Source of the DNA: Bacteroidia bacterium
GTDB lineage: Bacteria; Bacteroidota; Bacteroidia; Palsa-965
NCBI GenBank assembly: GCA_039918435.1
Contig: JBDSHN010000057.1
Location: 7,244 to 71,243 of the forward strand
Direction of reading: 5' to 3'
Length of the DNA stretch: 64,000 nucleotides
In this document: positions 30,280-41,311 of the stretch, one piece after another
Position numbering within the stretch: the stretch's first letter is position 1
Layout of the letters: every line of letters starts with the position of its first letter
Program-made: the position numbers and the translations under genes
Notes under the pieces: generated by a model
Told to the model about the DNA's origin: nothing
Database searches by the model: none
The model's input: only the letters and a program-made list of their open reading frames with translations

Positions 30280-31746
30280 TTAGGAATTTCCTTTTCTTTT
30301 CTTCAACTCTTCCTGCACAAAATAAACCGGCACGCCAACGGCAATGATCGCCAATCCTCCAATGGAGTTTTTCGTATCCATGAAAAGTAAATTGACACAG
30401 ATCGCTACCGCAATTAAAATATACAGCGCAGGCAAAACAGGATAACCGAATGCCTTATAAGGACGCTCTGCTAACGGTTCTTTTTTACGCAGCACAAAAA
30501 GTCCGCCGATGGTGACGATGTAAAATAACATCGAAGCGAATGTGCAATACACAATGAGATCATGGTACGTTCCGGAGAAGCACAACAATGCTGCCCAGAT
30601 GCATTGAATCCACAAAGCAAAACCCGGAACGGAATGTTTATTCAATTTGGTTGCTTTGCTGATGAATAGTCCGTCTTTCGCCATTGCGTAATACAAACGT
30701 GCACCTGCGAGAATAATTCCGTTGTTGCATCCGAAAGTAGAAACCATGATCAGCAATGCCATCATTACAGTTGCCACATTTCCGAAAATTACGGTTGCAG
30801 CTGCAGTTCCTACTCTTCCCATTTCAGCGAACTGCATTCCTTTTCCCATTACATCTGTTGCAGCAGGATCTCCCTTGAGCGGAAGTAATGCGAGGTAAGC
30901 AAGATTCGCACTGATGTAAATAATAGTAACGATCAGCGTTCCGAGAAAAAGACTTTTGGGGATATTTTTCTGCGGATCTTTTATTTCTCCGGCGATGAAC
31001 GTCACATTATTCCATGCATCACTTGAAAAAAGAGAATTCATCATGGTCATTCCGAAAATTGCCCAGAAGAAAATCCCTGTCAGCGTTTCAGTAGTCCAAG
31101 AGCCATCTTTTACAGCCTGGTAAGTTCGTGTTGCGTTAAATGAATCGGTGAAATTATTTCCGAATACATTTGATTTTAACCCGACAAACAAGCCGAAAAT
31201 AATCAAGCCGAACAATGCAAGCAATTTCGCGCCGGTAAAAACTTTCTGAATTCCTGCGCCGCTTTTTACGCCAAGCGTATTTATAAAAGTGAGAAATACA
31301 ACCAATGTAACTGCCAATACCTGCTGCGCTGTAATTGTAAACGTTCCGATCGTGAGCAAAATGTTTTTTGAAGAAAACACCGGTGCTAATTCGGAGGTGT
31401 AATTTGCAAATGCCATTGCCACCGCTGCAATCACACCAGTCTGTATTACTGCAAAAACACTCCAGCCATACAGGAACGAAGTAAATTTTCCGAACGCCCG
31501 CTGAATGTAAACGTATTGTCCGCCCGCTGCAGGCATCATTCCCGCCAGCTCGCCGTAGCTCAACGCTGCAATCAATGTGATCACACCTGTCAGCAGCCAC
31601 GCGGTGATCAACCAACCCGCAGAGCCAACATCGCGCGCCATATCGCTGCTAACGAGAAATATTCCGGAACCGATCATGGAACCTGCTACTAAGGATGTAG
31701 CATCGACTAAGCCTAAGGTTCTTTTTAATTCACGTTCTTCTGCCAT
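30280..31746 (-). CDS. APC-family amino acid permease
   Basis: GSMIGSGIF, GGQYVY, AGEIKDPQKNIP. Confidence 0.95.
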   Translation of the reverse strand: MAEERELKRTLGLVDATSLVAGSMIGSGIFLVSSDMARDVGSAGWLITAWLLTGVITLIAALSYGELAGMMPAAGGQYVYIQRAFGKFTSFLYGWSVFAVIQTGVIAAVAMAFANYTSELAPVFSSKNILLTIGTFTITAQQVLAVTLVVFLTFINTLGVKSGAGIQKVFTGAKLLALFGLIIFGLFVGLKSNVFGNNFTDSFNATRTYQAVKDGSWTTETLTGIFFWAIFGMTMMNSLFSSDAWNNVTFIAGEIKDPQKNIPKSLFLGTLIVTIIYISANLAYLALLPLKGDPAATDVMGKGMQFAEMGRVGTAAATVIFGNVATVMMALLIMVSTFGCNNGIILAGARLYYAMAKDGLFISKATKLNKHSVPGFALWIQCIWAALLCFSGTYHDLIVYCTFASMLFYIVTIGGLFVLRKKEPLAERPYKAFGYPVLPALYILIAVAICVNLLFMDTKNSIGGLAIIAVGVPVYFVQEELKKRKGNS

Positions 31747-31750
31747 ACAC

Positions 31751-31793
31751 GAAGCGGCAGGAAAAAAGCGGCAGGAGGCAGGAAAAAAAATTT
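31751..31793. repeat. Dispersed intergenic repeat, copy 1
   Basis: gaagcggcaggaaaaaagcggcag identical to 50097-50120. Confidence 0.8.
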
Positions 31794-31836
31794 ACTGACC
31801 TGGTGCCGCTTTTAAACTGCGTATTTTAATTTTTTA

Positions 31837-33324
31837 TTATTTCAAAATTCCAAGCTTGCTTCGGCTTCGGCTGTAAATGAAATAGATGATCAATCCGATT
31901 GCCATCCAGATGAGTGCACTGAGTTGTGTGATCGTATCGAGTGAAATGATCATGAAGCTACAGATCAGAATTCCGAGAATTGGTGTAAGTGGAATTAACA
32001 CGCCACCGATCCGGAAAATTCCGGGTGTTCTGAACGGGCGAACTGCATTCGGATCATTGACGCGCATTACCCAGATTCCTGCGCAAACCAATACGAATGC
32101 AAGCAGTGTTCCGATACTTGTCAGATCTCCTGCAACACTTCCCGGAATAAATCCACCGAAAATACCAACGAAGCAGAACAGCATCAGGTTGGATTTATAA
32201 GGTGTGCGGAATTTCGGGTGAAGGTGCGAGAAGATTTTCGGCAGTAATCCATCGTGCGACATGGAATAGAACACGCGGCTTTGTCCCATGAGCATAACTA
32301 AAATCACAGAAGAGAATCCGGCAAGAATAGCAACAGTAACAGCAGTTGCAAGCCATCCGTAACCAACCATATACTGCGAAATTGCATAAGCAACAGATGC
32401 TTCTTTTCCTTTTGTCGGATCATTAAAATCTGACCATGGAGCAACGCCTGTCAATACGTGTGAGAATAAAATGTAGAGGATCGTACAAACCACGAGCGAT
32501 CCTAGAATTCCGATTGGCATATCGCGCTTTGGATTTTTTGCTTCCTGCGCGGCAGTTGAAACAGCATCAAAACCGATAAAGGCAAAGAAAACAATTCCGG
32601 CCCCTTTAAGAATACCTCCCCATCCATGCTGGAAAAACCCTTCATGTCCCGGATAATTTTCAGGAATGATATACGGTGTGTGATTTTCTGGTTTGATGAA
32701 TTGCCATCCGATAACGATAAAAACAAGAACGATCGCAACTTTCAGAAATACGATGATTGCATTTACAAAAGCAGATTCTGCTGTTCCGCGTATTAGGAGA
32801 AGCGATAACACAAGCAGGATAAATAATGCCGGAGCATTTACAATTCCGCTGACAAGTGTTCCGTCAACAGTTGCACTTTCAAGAGGTGAATGACACCATT
32901 CATAAGGAATTGCGCCTCCCAGCAGCTTGTTTAAATATTCGCTCCATGCGATGGAAACCGTTGCAGCACCAAGCGCATATTCAAGAATCAACGCCCAGCC
33001 AATAATCCATGCGATCAATTCGCCCATGGTTGTGTATGCATACGTGTAAGCAGAACCTGCAATTGGAATCATAGCGGCAAATTCAGCGTAGCACAAACCA
33101 GCGAATGCACAACCGACTGCTGCGACAACGAAAGAAAGTGTAACAGCAGATCCGGCAGCTTCACCGGCAGCAGCAGCAGTTCGTACGAAAAGTCCGGCTC
33201 CGATGATCGCGCCGATTCCCAATGCTACCAATTGCCATGAACCAAGTGTTCGTTTCAATCCCGATTCCGAGTCGGCAGATTGCGCGAGCAATGATTCCAA
33301 AGATTTTTTTCTGAAAATACTCAT
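31837..33324 (-). CDS. APC-family (cationic amino acid transporter-like) permease
   Basis: GAIIGAGLF, GSAYTY, FAFIGFDAVSTAAQEAKNP. Confidence 0.95.
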   Translation of the reverse strand: MSIFRKKSLESLLAQSADSESGLKRTLGSWQLVALGIGAIIGAGLFVRTAAAAGEAAGSAVTLSFVVAAVGCAFAGLCYAEFAAMIPIAGSAYTYAYTTMGELIAWIIGWALILEYALGAATVSIAWSEYLNKLLGGAIPYEWCHSPLESATVDGTLVSGIVNAPALFILLVLSLLLIRGTAESAFVNAIIVFLKVAIVLVFIVIGWQFIKPENHTPYIIPENYPGHEGFFQHGWGGILKGAGIVFFAFIGFDAVSTAAQEAKNPKRDMPIGILGSLVVCTILYILFSHVLTGVAPWSDFNDPTKGKEASVAYAISQYMVGYGWLATAVTVAILAGFSSVILVMLMGQSRVFYSMSHDGLLPKIFSHLHPKFRTPYKSNLMLFCFVGIFGGFIPGSVAGDLTSIGTLLAFVLVCAGIWVMRVNDPNAVRPFRTPGIFRIGGVLIPLTPILGILICSFMIISLDTITQLSALIWMAIGLIIYFIYSRSRSKLGILK

Positions 33325-33460
33325 GGATGTTTATCGTTTAGTTTTAGGGAGTTCGATTTGTCAAATATAATGAAGAAAAGAAACAATAATCGACTAAAAT
33401 CAAGTTTAGAAAAGCCGTTTTTTTTCCTGATAATGTTGAAACACTGTATTTTTGCCGCTT

Positions 33461-34726
33461 ATGTTAATTGTCCTCGTTTTTATTATCGGTTACCTCGCAA
33501 TCATTTTTGAACATGCGCTCAAACTGAACAAAACCGCTTCTGCCCTGCTCACCGGCGTCCTTTGCTGGACGGTTTACATCGCCTTTCATGAAGAAGCAAC
33601 AGTAAACAACGAGCTGCTTCACCACTTAGGTAATATTTCAGGAATTGTTTTTTTCCTCCTGGGTGCCATGACGGTGGTTGAACTCATCGACACGCATGAT
33701 GGTTTTGATGTCATTACTTCCCGTATTACTACGCTGAGCAGGAAAAAATTATTGGGGATTATTGCAGTAATTTCCTTTTTCCTTTCTGCCGTTTTGGATA
33801 ATCTCACAACAGCCATCGTTATGATGGCGCTGATAAAAAAGCTGGTGAAGGATGATCAGGACCGCATGTATTATGGCGGAATGGTAATCATTGCTGCAAA
33901 TGCCGGTGGTGCTTGGTCGCCGATCGGAGATGTAACTACAACCATGCTTTGGATAAACGGCCAAATTACCGGTGGAAATATTATTGTAAAGCTGATCATT
34001 CCATCACTTGTGTGCATGATTGTTCCTTTATTATGGATGAGCTTTAAAATGAAAGGAACTATTTCCCCCCCTGATAAAATTGCTGACAGCAAAACGGTTT
34101 CCTACACTGTTTTTGAGCGAAATGCTGTTTTTATATCCGGAACTTTTGTGCTTTTGATGGTTCCGGTTTTTAAAACATTGACAGGATTGCCGCCGTTTAT
34201 GGGAATTCTTGCCGGTCTTGCTATTTTATGGACGTTCACCGGGATCATTCACAAAAAGAAAAATGATGAACAAAAAATCTCTTTTTCTGTAGCAAGTGCC
34301 TTACAGCGGGTTGATACAGAAAGTGTGTTGTTCTTCCTTGGAATTTTACTTTCTATTGCTGCGCTTGAAAGTAGTGGACTGCTTTCTTCATTTGCACAAA
34401 AAATGGATCACGCGATAGGGAACATTAATATAACCACACTCTTTATCGGACTTGCATCAGCTGTGGTGGATAATGTTCCATTGGTAGCTGCAGCACAGGG
34501 AATGTACCCGATGACAACTTTTCCGGCCGATCATTATTTCTGGGAGTTCCTTGCCTATTGCGCAGGCACGGGCGGAAGTATTCTCATCATTGGTTCGGCT
34601 GCAGGAATTGCAGTAATGGGAATTGAGCGGATTCCTTTTGGCTGGTACCTGAAAAAAATATCTTTTCCGGCGCTGTTGGGATATTTTGCGGGTGCGCTGG
34701 TTTATATCGGGATGCAGGCGATATAA
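33461..34726 (+). CDS. nhaD: Na+/H+ antiporter NhaD
   Basis: LDNLTT, AANAGGAWSPIGDVTTTMLW, VDNVPLVAA; start ATG 33461 after TATTTTTG. Confidence 0.92.
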   Translation: MLIVLVFIIGYLAIIFEHALKLNKTASALLTGVLCWTVYIAFHEEATVNNELLHHLGNISGIVFFLLGAMTVVELIDTHDGFDVITSRITTLSRKKLLGIIAVISFFLSAVLDNLTTAIVMMALIKKLVKDDQDRMYYGGMVIIAANAGGAWSPIGDVTTTMLWINGQITGGNIIVKLIIPSLVCMIVPLLWMSFKMKGTISPPDKIADSKTVSYTVFERNAVFISGTFVLLMVPVFKTLTGLPPFMGILAGLAILWTFTGIIHKKKNDEQKISFSVASALQRVDTESVLFFLGILLSIAALESSGLLSSFAQKMDHAIGNINITTLFIGLASAVVDNVPLVAAAQGMYPMTTFPADHYFWEFLAYCAGTGGSILIIGSAAGIAVMGIERIPFGWYLKKISFPALLGYFAGALVYIGMQAI

Positions 34727-34745
34727 TTGACGAGGCGGGAAAGTA

Positions 34746-35225
34746 TCACTCCAGCACCATATCATACCTGTCCAATCCGTGATTGTAAAAGTCCTTTGTG
34801 ATCTTCGTGGTTTTGAATCCGAGCTTTTCAAAAAATTCAAACGAGTGCTGCGTTGTATCTACACTGATCGTATAACCGGGAAACAAATTTTCAATACTGT
34901 TTATCCGGTGCACCAATAATGCTTTCCCGATTCCCTGCTTGTGCATTGGGCTTTCAACCATCCCCCAGGCCATCTTTGCAATTTTTTCATCGCGGTAAAT
35001 ATAAAAGCCGCCGCATCCTACAATTTTTCCATCAAGAATGGCCACGAAATAATCCTGCTCCCTGGCATTGCTATATGCAACACTTGCTTTATCTTCAGCA
35101 TTGAGCCAGGTATTGAATTGTTCGAATTCTCCATCCGTGAAAAATTTTGGAACATTACCATTGAAAATTGCAACGCAGGCCTTTCTGTCTGTGGGTTTAT
35201 ATTCCCTTATTGTTATTGTGTTCAT
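34746..35225 (-). CDS. GNAT family N-acetyltransferase
   Basis: HKQGIGKALL acetyl-CoA motif, FFEKLGF. Confidence 0.9.
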   Translation of the reverse strand: MNTITIREYKPTDRKACVAIFNGNVPKFFTDGEFEQFNTWLNAEDKASVAYSNAREQDYFVAILDGKIVGCGGFYIYRDEKIAKMAWGMVESPMHKQGIGKALLVHRINSIENLFPGYTISVDTTQHSFEFFEKLGFKTTKITKDFYNHGLDRYDMVLE

Positions 35226-35293
35226 AAAATTGATCTCCTGTCTAAAATTAATTCCAATACATTAAACAGGAAAATACATTCGATGGCCGGTGC

Positions 35294-36229
35294 TTAATGC
35301 GCGTTCAATTGCATTTCGAGTATTGCTAATCCTTCTTCAAATGAATGCGGGTTATATCCTAATTCCGTCTTTGCCTTTTCAATGATCAGCCCGGTACGCC
35401 ATGGACGTTTTGCAGGTTGCTTTATCGTTTCTGATTTTGCCGGCGTAACCAATGATTTATCGAGTTTCCAGAAATCTGCCACGCGATAAACCAATTCGAG
35501 CACGCTCATCTGGTCTTTTCCTGCTATATGAAAAAGACCTGTTGCGTTTTTTTCTGCGCATAATAAACAACCTTCTGCAAGATCTTCTGCCAGCGTTGGT
35601 GAACGGAATTGATCGTCAACAATATTTATTTTCTGTTTTTTCTCCAATGCTTCTTTCGCCCACAAAACAATATTCGAACGGCTCATATTATCCACAACAC
35701 CATAAACAATGATTGTCCGGAGAATTGCCCATTTAATAGTGGAAGCCTGCAGCAATTTTTCTGCCTCAAGTTTTGACCACGCGTAATAGCTTAAAGGATT
35801 TGTTTTATCCGTTTCACTGTACGGGCCATCTTCTCCGTCAAAAACAAAATCAGTAGAAAGATGAATGAAATGACATTGCCCCGATGCCGGTTGCCAGGTT
35901 TCGTTGATGTCAATGAAATTCTGAACGGCAGTAACGTTCATTGCAAAACATTCTTCCTGCTGTGTTTCGCAGGCATCCACATTGGTCATGGCCGCTGTGT
36001 TGATAATAACTTCCGGCTGAAATTTTTTCATTGCAGCAAAAACTTCTTCGCGGCTTGAAATATCTAATGGATGATATGTATAGCCTTCTTTCTCAGCGAG
36101 ACGATTCTCTCCTTTTGAGCTGGCAATAATATTCCAGTCTGCACTTTTTTTATTGCGATCAAGCAACGAATAAATTAATTTTTGTCCGAGAAGGCCGTTA
36201 CTGCCGGTGATAAGAATTGTTTTAGTCAT
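35294..36229 (-). CDS. RmlD-like SDR oxidoreductase (dTDP-4-dehydrorhamnose reductase family)
   Basis: ITGSNGLLG, AAMTNVDACE, STDFVFDG, YAWSK. Confidence 0.9.
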   Translation of the reverse strand: MTKTILITGSNGLLGQKLIYSLLDRNKKSADWNIIASSKGENRLAEKEGYTYHPLDISSREEVFAAMKKFQPEVIINTAAMTNVDACETQQEECFAMNVTAVQNFIDINETWQPASGQCHFIHLSTDFVFDGEDGPYSETDKTNPLSYYAWSKLEAEKLLQASTIKWAILRTIIVYGVVDNMSRSNIVLWAKEALEKKQKINIVDDQFRSPTLAEDLAEGCLLCAEKNATGLFHIAGKDQMSVLELVYRVADFWKLDKSLVTPAKSETIKQPAKRPWRTGLIIEKAKTELGYNPHSFEEGLAILEMQLNAH

Positions 36230-36298
36230 TTTAATTGCGGGTTATTGCAAGAGCGTACACTTAAAAAGCAAAAGCAAATTTAGCAATTTACAAGGGGC

Positions 36299-36339
36299 AA
36301 AAAACGAGAACCCGCCACTGCTGCGACGGGTTCCTGTTT
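36299..36339 (-). terminator. Terminator-like hairpin downstream of the K+ channel gene
   Basis: gaacccgtcgc-agca-gtggcgggttc then TCGTTTTTT on minus strand. Confidence 0.6.
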
Positions 36340-36464
36340 GGTTACAACTATTTATTTTCTCCAGTAACCGCGCGTGCAAAACGGGTAATCGCAGCGCGTG
36401 CAGGAAGCACATTCGGTTTTCGATTTTGATGATTCTGAAAAGCAATTAATGAAATTACAATTCT

Positions 36465-37496
36465 TTACGACAACAGTTGCTTTAACCGCGCAATCTGCTC
36501 CTGCGTTCCGAGCACGAATAGTTTTCCGTCGGGAATGAGCTGCGTGTCAGGATCAGGATTGATAATGTATTCACCGTTCCCTTTTTTAAATCCAACAATA
36601 TTGGCGCCCGATTTATTCCGGATCTCCATATCGCGGATCGTTTTGTTGCGCAGGTGTGCGGGAAGATTATCGAATGTAATTTCTTCAAGATTAATGTCAG
36701 GTCCGCCCTGACCGGTGATGTGGTCGATGAATTCAATTACATCCGGTTTCAAAACCAGCGAAGCCATGTGAGCACCGCCGATCTTGTCGGGCATGATCAC
36801 ATTATCTGCGCCTGCTGTTTTCAGTTTTCTATCCGAATTATCATCTGAGGCGCGGGAAATAATTGTGAGCTTCGGATTGAGTGCGCGGGCGGAAAGCACA
36901 ATAAAAAGATTGTCCGCATCCACAGGAAGAGTTGTGATAAGAGCAGAAGCTCTCAGAATGCCTGCTCTTTCCAGCACCTCATCCTGCGTTGAATCGCCTT
37001 CGATCACTAATTCGGAATAGCGATGATTAATCGCTTCAATAATATCTTTCTTCTGCTCAATCACAACAAAACGGCGATCGTGCTTCTTCAGAATATGTGC
37101 AGCCTGTCGTCCATTGCGGCCGTAACCACAAATAATAACATGCCCTGAAAGTCTGGCTATTGCATTCACTTTTTTAACGCGTGAGTAATAATCGCGGAAT
37201 TCGCCGCTGAGAATGTAGCTCGACAATGCCGAGATAGCATACGCAAATGTACCAAAACCAATTATGATGAGCAGGATTGTAAAAATCTTACCTGCAACTC
37301 CCAGTTCATGCACTTCCCTGAAGCCGACAGTTGCAATTGTGGTGACAGTCATGTAAAGTGCGTCTAGAAACGTATAGTGCCTGTCAATGATCATGTATCC
37401 CAACGTACCAATTAAGATTACGCCTAACAAAAGCACTCCTGCAACGTATAGTTTTTTGAAATAAAAATAGTATTTCATTAAAGTAAAAGTACGCAT
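36465..37496 (-). CDS. Potassium channel protein with TrkA-N/TrkA-C (RCK) domains
   Basis: TIATVGFREV pore, ICGYGRNG Rossmann motif; start may be ATG 37478. Confidence 0.93.
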   Translation of the reverse strand: MRTFTLMKYYFYFKKLYVAGVLLLGVILIGTLGYMIIDRHYTFLDALYMTVTTIATVGFREVHELGVAGKIFTILLIIIGFGTFAYAISALSSYILSGEFRDYYSRVKKVNAIARLSGHVIICGYGRNGRQAAHILKKHDRRFVVIEQKKDIIEAINHRYSELVIEGDSTQDEVLERAGILRASALITTLPVDADNLFIVLSARALNPKLTIISRASDDNSDRKLKTAGADNVIMPDKIGGAHMASLVLKPDVIEFIDHITGQGGPDINLEEITFDNLPAHLRNKTIRDMEIRNKSGANIVGFKKGNGEYIINPDPDTQLIPDGKLFVLGTQEQIARLKQLLS

Positions 37497-37628
37497 TACC
37501 GTTTAGAGCGTACTATGGGATAATATGTGAAATGCCAATAGCAGAACTGTTGATAAGTCGGCATAAAATCAGGTGCGTTTCTAAAACCCGTAAATGAAAA
37601 ATCGCAATTCGTATCTATTTTTGTACTC

Positions 37629-38252
37629 ATGGATCAGCCGACCAGAAATCAGTCCATTCTTGCGAAATATATTCCTGAAAAAGCAGTGCCGCTTATTTCA
37701 GAATGGATCCTGCATTATAATTTTAAGCTGAAGATCAAAAAAAGCAGGCAATCCAAATACGGTGATTATCGGCCGCCTTTGCCGGGAAAGAATCACCAGA
37801 TCACCGTGAACCAGGATCTGAATCCGTATGCATTTTTACTAACGCTTGTGCATGAGATTGCACATTTGCTGACGCAGGAACGTTACGGCAATCGTGTAAA
37901 ACCGCACGGCGAGGAATGGAAAAATTCATTCAAGGAATTAATGCGCCCCTTTATGCGGCTGGAAATTTACCCTGAAGATGTTTTCCAGGCTATTGTCGGC
38001 TACATGAAAAATCCTGCCGCATCAAGTTGTTCAGATGATCATTTGCTGCGCATCTTAAAGCGGTACGATAAGCCGGGCGAATTTGTTCATCTTGAAACGC
38101 TTCCATTGCATGCTGTTTTTGTATATAACCAGCGTTACTTTATCAAAGGAGAAAAAATCCGTAAGCGTTATAAATGTTTAGAAAAAGCTGCGCATCACGT
38201 TTATCTTTTTGCGCCGCTTGCAGAAGTGAAGCAGGTTGAAAATGTAGCGTGA
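37629..38252 (+). CDS. SprT-like zinc metalloprotease domain protein
   Basis: TLVHEIAH, KPHGEEWK. Confidence 0.9.
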   Translation: MDQPTRNQSILAKYIPEKAVPLISEWILHYNFKLKIKKSRQSKYGDYRPPLPGKNHQITVNQDLNPYAFLLTLVHEIAHLLTQERYGNRVKPHGEEWKNSFKELMRPFMRLEIYPEDVFQAIVGYMKNPAASSCSDDHLLRILKRYDKPGEFVHLETLPLHAVFVYNQRYFIKGEKIRKRYKCLEKAAHHVYLFAPLAEVKQVENVA

Positions 38253-38362
38253 GAAATTTTGATTGGGAAGTCTCGCATCACCTGCCGTTCACAAACTTCA
38301 TTTCACACAGCAATGGTATCGTGCACAGCCGGATTTTTATTTGATACATTTGCTTCACAACA

Positions 38363-41311
38363 ATGAAGCACCTCAAATCACTGTTTTATTTTCTTTTTTT
38401 TATTACCCGCGCGTTAAATGCGCAGGAGATTCCATTCACTTTTATTGGTGATCAGCTTGGACTGCCTGCGAATGAATGCTACAATGTAATGCAGGATAGC
38501 AAAGGTTATATCTGGATAAGCACAGAAGCCGGACTTTGCCGTTATAACGGGAGTTTTTGCAGAATATTTGACAAAACGAATGGACTTCCTGAGAACTCAT
38601 GTTATACAGTGCAGGAAGACAAGGATGGTAAAATATGGATCACAACTTCAGCTAACCGGATTCTTACTTTTTCGAATGATAGTTTGGAGGAAGCCCCGTT
38701 CAGTAAAAGTTATGCGGCAAAACTTGCAAATACAATGGAAAGAGCCTACATCTTATCGATTGTCAATGACAGCATTTTCATTAATTCGAATTCACGGACT
38801 TATTCGGCGGGAAAAGATTCGAAAATCGTTTCGGTTGTTTTTCCGGAAGACAATGGCGCATATAATTTCATCAAAACGGATCATCAGTTAGTTCTTATTA
38901 GGAACTATGACAACAGAAAAAAAACAGACGATCTTGCCTTAATCGGAACTGTTGAGATTATTATAACGGGTAAAACGGGAAAAAAAATCATCCAATCGCA
39001 CTACATCGGTGATATATATAGCTGGCAGGTGTTGACTGCCATAAATAACAACGGTGAATCATTTATCGGAAACCATAAAACGGTCACAAAATTAAATCCC
39101 GATAATAGTTATTCGTTTTACCAGGTACCATTTCCCATAATAAGTATGTATTGCGATAAAGATAATGGACTTTGGGTCGGAACCGTCAAAGGAGGCGTAT
39201 TTCATTTCCCTGATACAAAAGCTATGGAACGCACTGAGAATAGTCTTTCCGGATTTTCTGTATCCGGGACATGTGTGGATAACGAAAATGGCGTGTGGTG
39301 CAGCACGCTCGAAAAAGGCGTGTTTTATAGCAGGAATAAAAATATCATCAGCTACGCACGCGTAAAAGGCATGGATAAGCCTGCTGACCTTTTAAAATTC
39401 GAACATGGACGATTATTTACGTCTGCTGTTAATAATGAACTGACTGAAATAAAAGGCGACTCCATTTTATTTTACCCCTTAAGCCATGCGGTTAACTACC
39501 CGATAGCTGATATCCTGTTTTTTGAGAATAGCTGGAGAATCTGCGGAAAAAACTTTGTTCTCAGGACAGACACTAATTTTCAGCAGTTAAATTATTCCCA
39601 TGTTCCAAATACAAATTTTTATATTGGAGCAACGATGCTTACGCCCGTTGGAGGAAGATTGCTGGGCATTCATACTTCATGGGTATTTGAAATTATTAAA
39701 GACCAGCTCATAGCGCTTCAAACGCCATTACCATCCACGGGAAAATGTGTGTATTACAAGGGAAACAATATTTTATTGTACGGCTGCACCCAGGCATTGT
39801 ACAAGCTGGACGTTACAACTAATACTTCCGAAATAACTCCGGGCATCATTGGTGTAGTAAAAATTATTAAAACTTCTTCAGGTGAAATCTGGATCATTAC
39901 AAAAGAGAATGGAATATATAAATACACAGACGAAAATGTTGAAAATATTTCCAAAGAACTTTCACTTCCTACCGAACGGCTCTTTGATATAACAGAGGAC
40001 CGTTTTGGCACTATATGGGTGGCAACAAACATTGGCTTGCTGAAAATCATACAGAAGGATGGGAAATATTCCACCTTATTATATACTACATCGAATGGTT
40101 TGCTTTCCGATAAGATCAGCAACATCGCCGCAGACAATAATTATTTATATGTTTCAGGAATTGAGGGGCTTTATAAATTCCCGTTGGAACTTGACCTCCT
40201 AAATTTTTCCATTCCCCAAATTCACCTCAGGGCTTTAAGCGTTAACGGTGTCACATATTCCAGTTCTCTCCCCCTGGAACTCGATCATAATAATAATTCC
40301 ATCAAGGCCGAAGTTGATGCACTCACGTTTAAAGAACTGAATACACCGTCTTTATTTTACCAGTTAAAAGGATTGAAAAATTCAAATGACAGGAATGGAA
40401 CATTGAAAGGCAATACCATCAGTCTTGACAATCTTCCTCCCGACAATTACGAACTAACCATTTTTGCTGTTAATAATAACGAAATCAAAAGCAAGAATCC
40501 GGTCGTGATTCACTTTGAAATAAAAAAACCTTTCTGGCAGACTACCTGGTTCATTGCAATTTCATCGATCCTATTTTGCATTACACTTTTCATTGTTGTA
40601 ACAAGCGTTGTGAGCAGGATACGGAGAAAGGAAGAAGAAAAAACGAGCATCAACAAACGTCTTGCAGAATTTCAACTGACCGCTTTGCAGGCGCAGATGA
40701 ATCCGCATTTTATTTTTAATGCTATTAACAGCATCCAGGGATATATCTTAAAAAAGAACGAGCAGCTGGCTTATGATTATCTCGCAAAATTCAGCAAGCT
40801 GATCCGGTTGGTTTTAAATAACTCGCAGGAAAAATCGATTCCGCTTAAACAGGAGCTGGATATGCTTCTCGTTTATATTGAGCTGGAACAATTACGATTT
40901 GACAATAGCTTCGAATTTATTTTAACTATTGATGAAGAAGTAAATCAATATGAGACTTTCATTCCAACTATGCTGATACAACCTTATGTGGAAAATGCAA
41001 TATGGCACGGGTTGATGAATTTAGAAAAAGGTATAAAAGGCGTACTTCAGATTGATATACGGTTGATCGGAAACATGCTGAAAATAACCGTAGAAGATAA
41101 TGGCATTGGACGGGAGAATGCAAAAGTGTATGCAAAAAAACAACACAGTCATAATTCCATCGGGATGAAGCTTACTGAACAGCGTATAAACATGATCAAT
41201 GCGATGCAGGGTGAAGAACACTCCAGTGCGATAATAAGCGATGTACTGAATGAAGAACATAAAGTAATTGGCACACGCGTTGAGATATTTATTTCATCGC
41301 GCTACGAATGA
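38363..41311 (+). CDS. LytS/YehU-type histidine kinase with periplasmic beta-propeller and Y_Y_Y domains
   Basis: QDSKGYIWI repeats, KPFWQT + TM, LQAQMNPHFIFNAIN, QPYVENAIWHG, DNGIG. Confidence 0.93.
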   Translation: MKHLKSLFYFLFFITRALNAQEIPFTFIGDQLGLPANECYNVMQDSKGYIWISTEAGLCRYNGSFCRIFDKTNGLPENSCYTVQEDKDGKIWITTSANRILTFSNDSLEEAPFSKSYAAKLANTMERAYILSIVNDSIFINSNSRTYSAGKDSKIVSVVFPEDNGAYNFIKTDHQLVLIRNYDNRKKTDDLALIGTVEIIITGKTGKKIIQSHYIGDIYSWQVLTAINNNGESFIGNHKTVTKLNPDNSYSFYQVPFPIISMYCDKDNGLWVGTVKGGVFHFPDTKAMERTENSLSGFSVSGTCVDNENGVWCSTLEKGVFYSRNKNIISYARVKGMDKPADLLKFEHGRLFTSAVNNELTEIKGDSILFYPLSHAVNYPIADILFFENSWRICGKNFVLRTDTNFQQLNYSHVPNTNFYIGATMLTPVGGRLLGIHTSWVFEIIKDQLIALQTPLPSTGKCVYYKGNNILLYGCTQALYKLDVTTNTSEITPGIIGVVKIIKTSSGEIWIITKENGIYKYTDENVENISKELSLPTERLFDITEDRFGTIWVATNIGLLKIIQKDGKYSTLLYTTSNGLLSDKISNIAADNNYLYVSGIEGLYKFPLELDLLNFSIPQIHLRALSVNGVTYSSSLPLELDHNNNSIKAEVDALTFKELNTPSLFYQLKGLKNSNDRNGTLKGNTISLDNLPPDNYELTIFAVNNNEIKSKNPVVIHFEIKKPFWQTTWFIAISSILFCITLFIVVTSVVSRIRRKEEEKTSINKRLAEFQLTALQAQMNPHFIFNAINSIQGYILKKNEQLAYDYLAKFSKLIRLVLNNSQEKSIPLKQELDMLLVYIELEQLRFDNSFEFILTIDEEVNQYETFIPTMLIQPYVENAIWHGLMNLEKGIKGVLQIDIRLIGNMLKITVEDNGIGRENAKVYAKKQHSHNSIGMKLTEQRINMINAMQGEEHSSAIISDVLNEEHKVIGTRVEIFISSRYE

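Noticed and set aside
35235-35239. AGGAG upstream of the GNAT gene as a second SD
   Set aside because: Only 5 nt at 9-nt spacing in an accessory gene; could be chance, so not called, but it tempers the uniqueness of the hpf SD.
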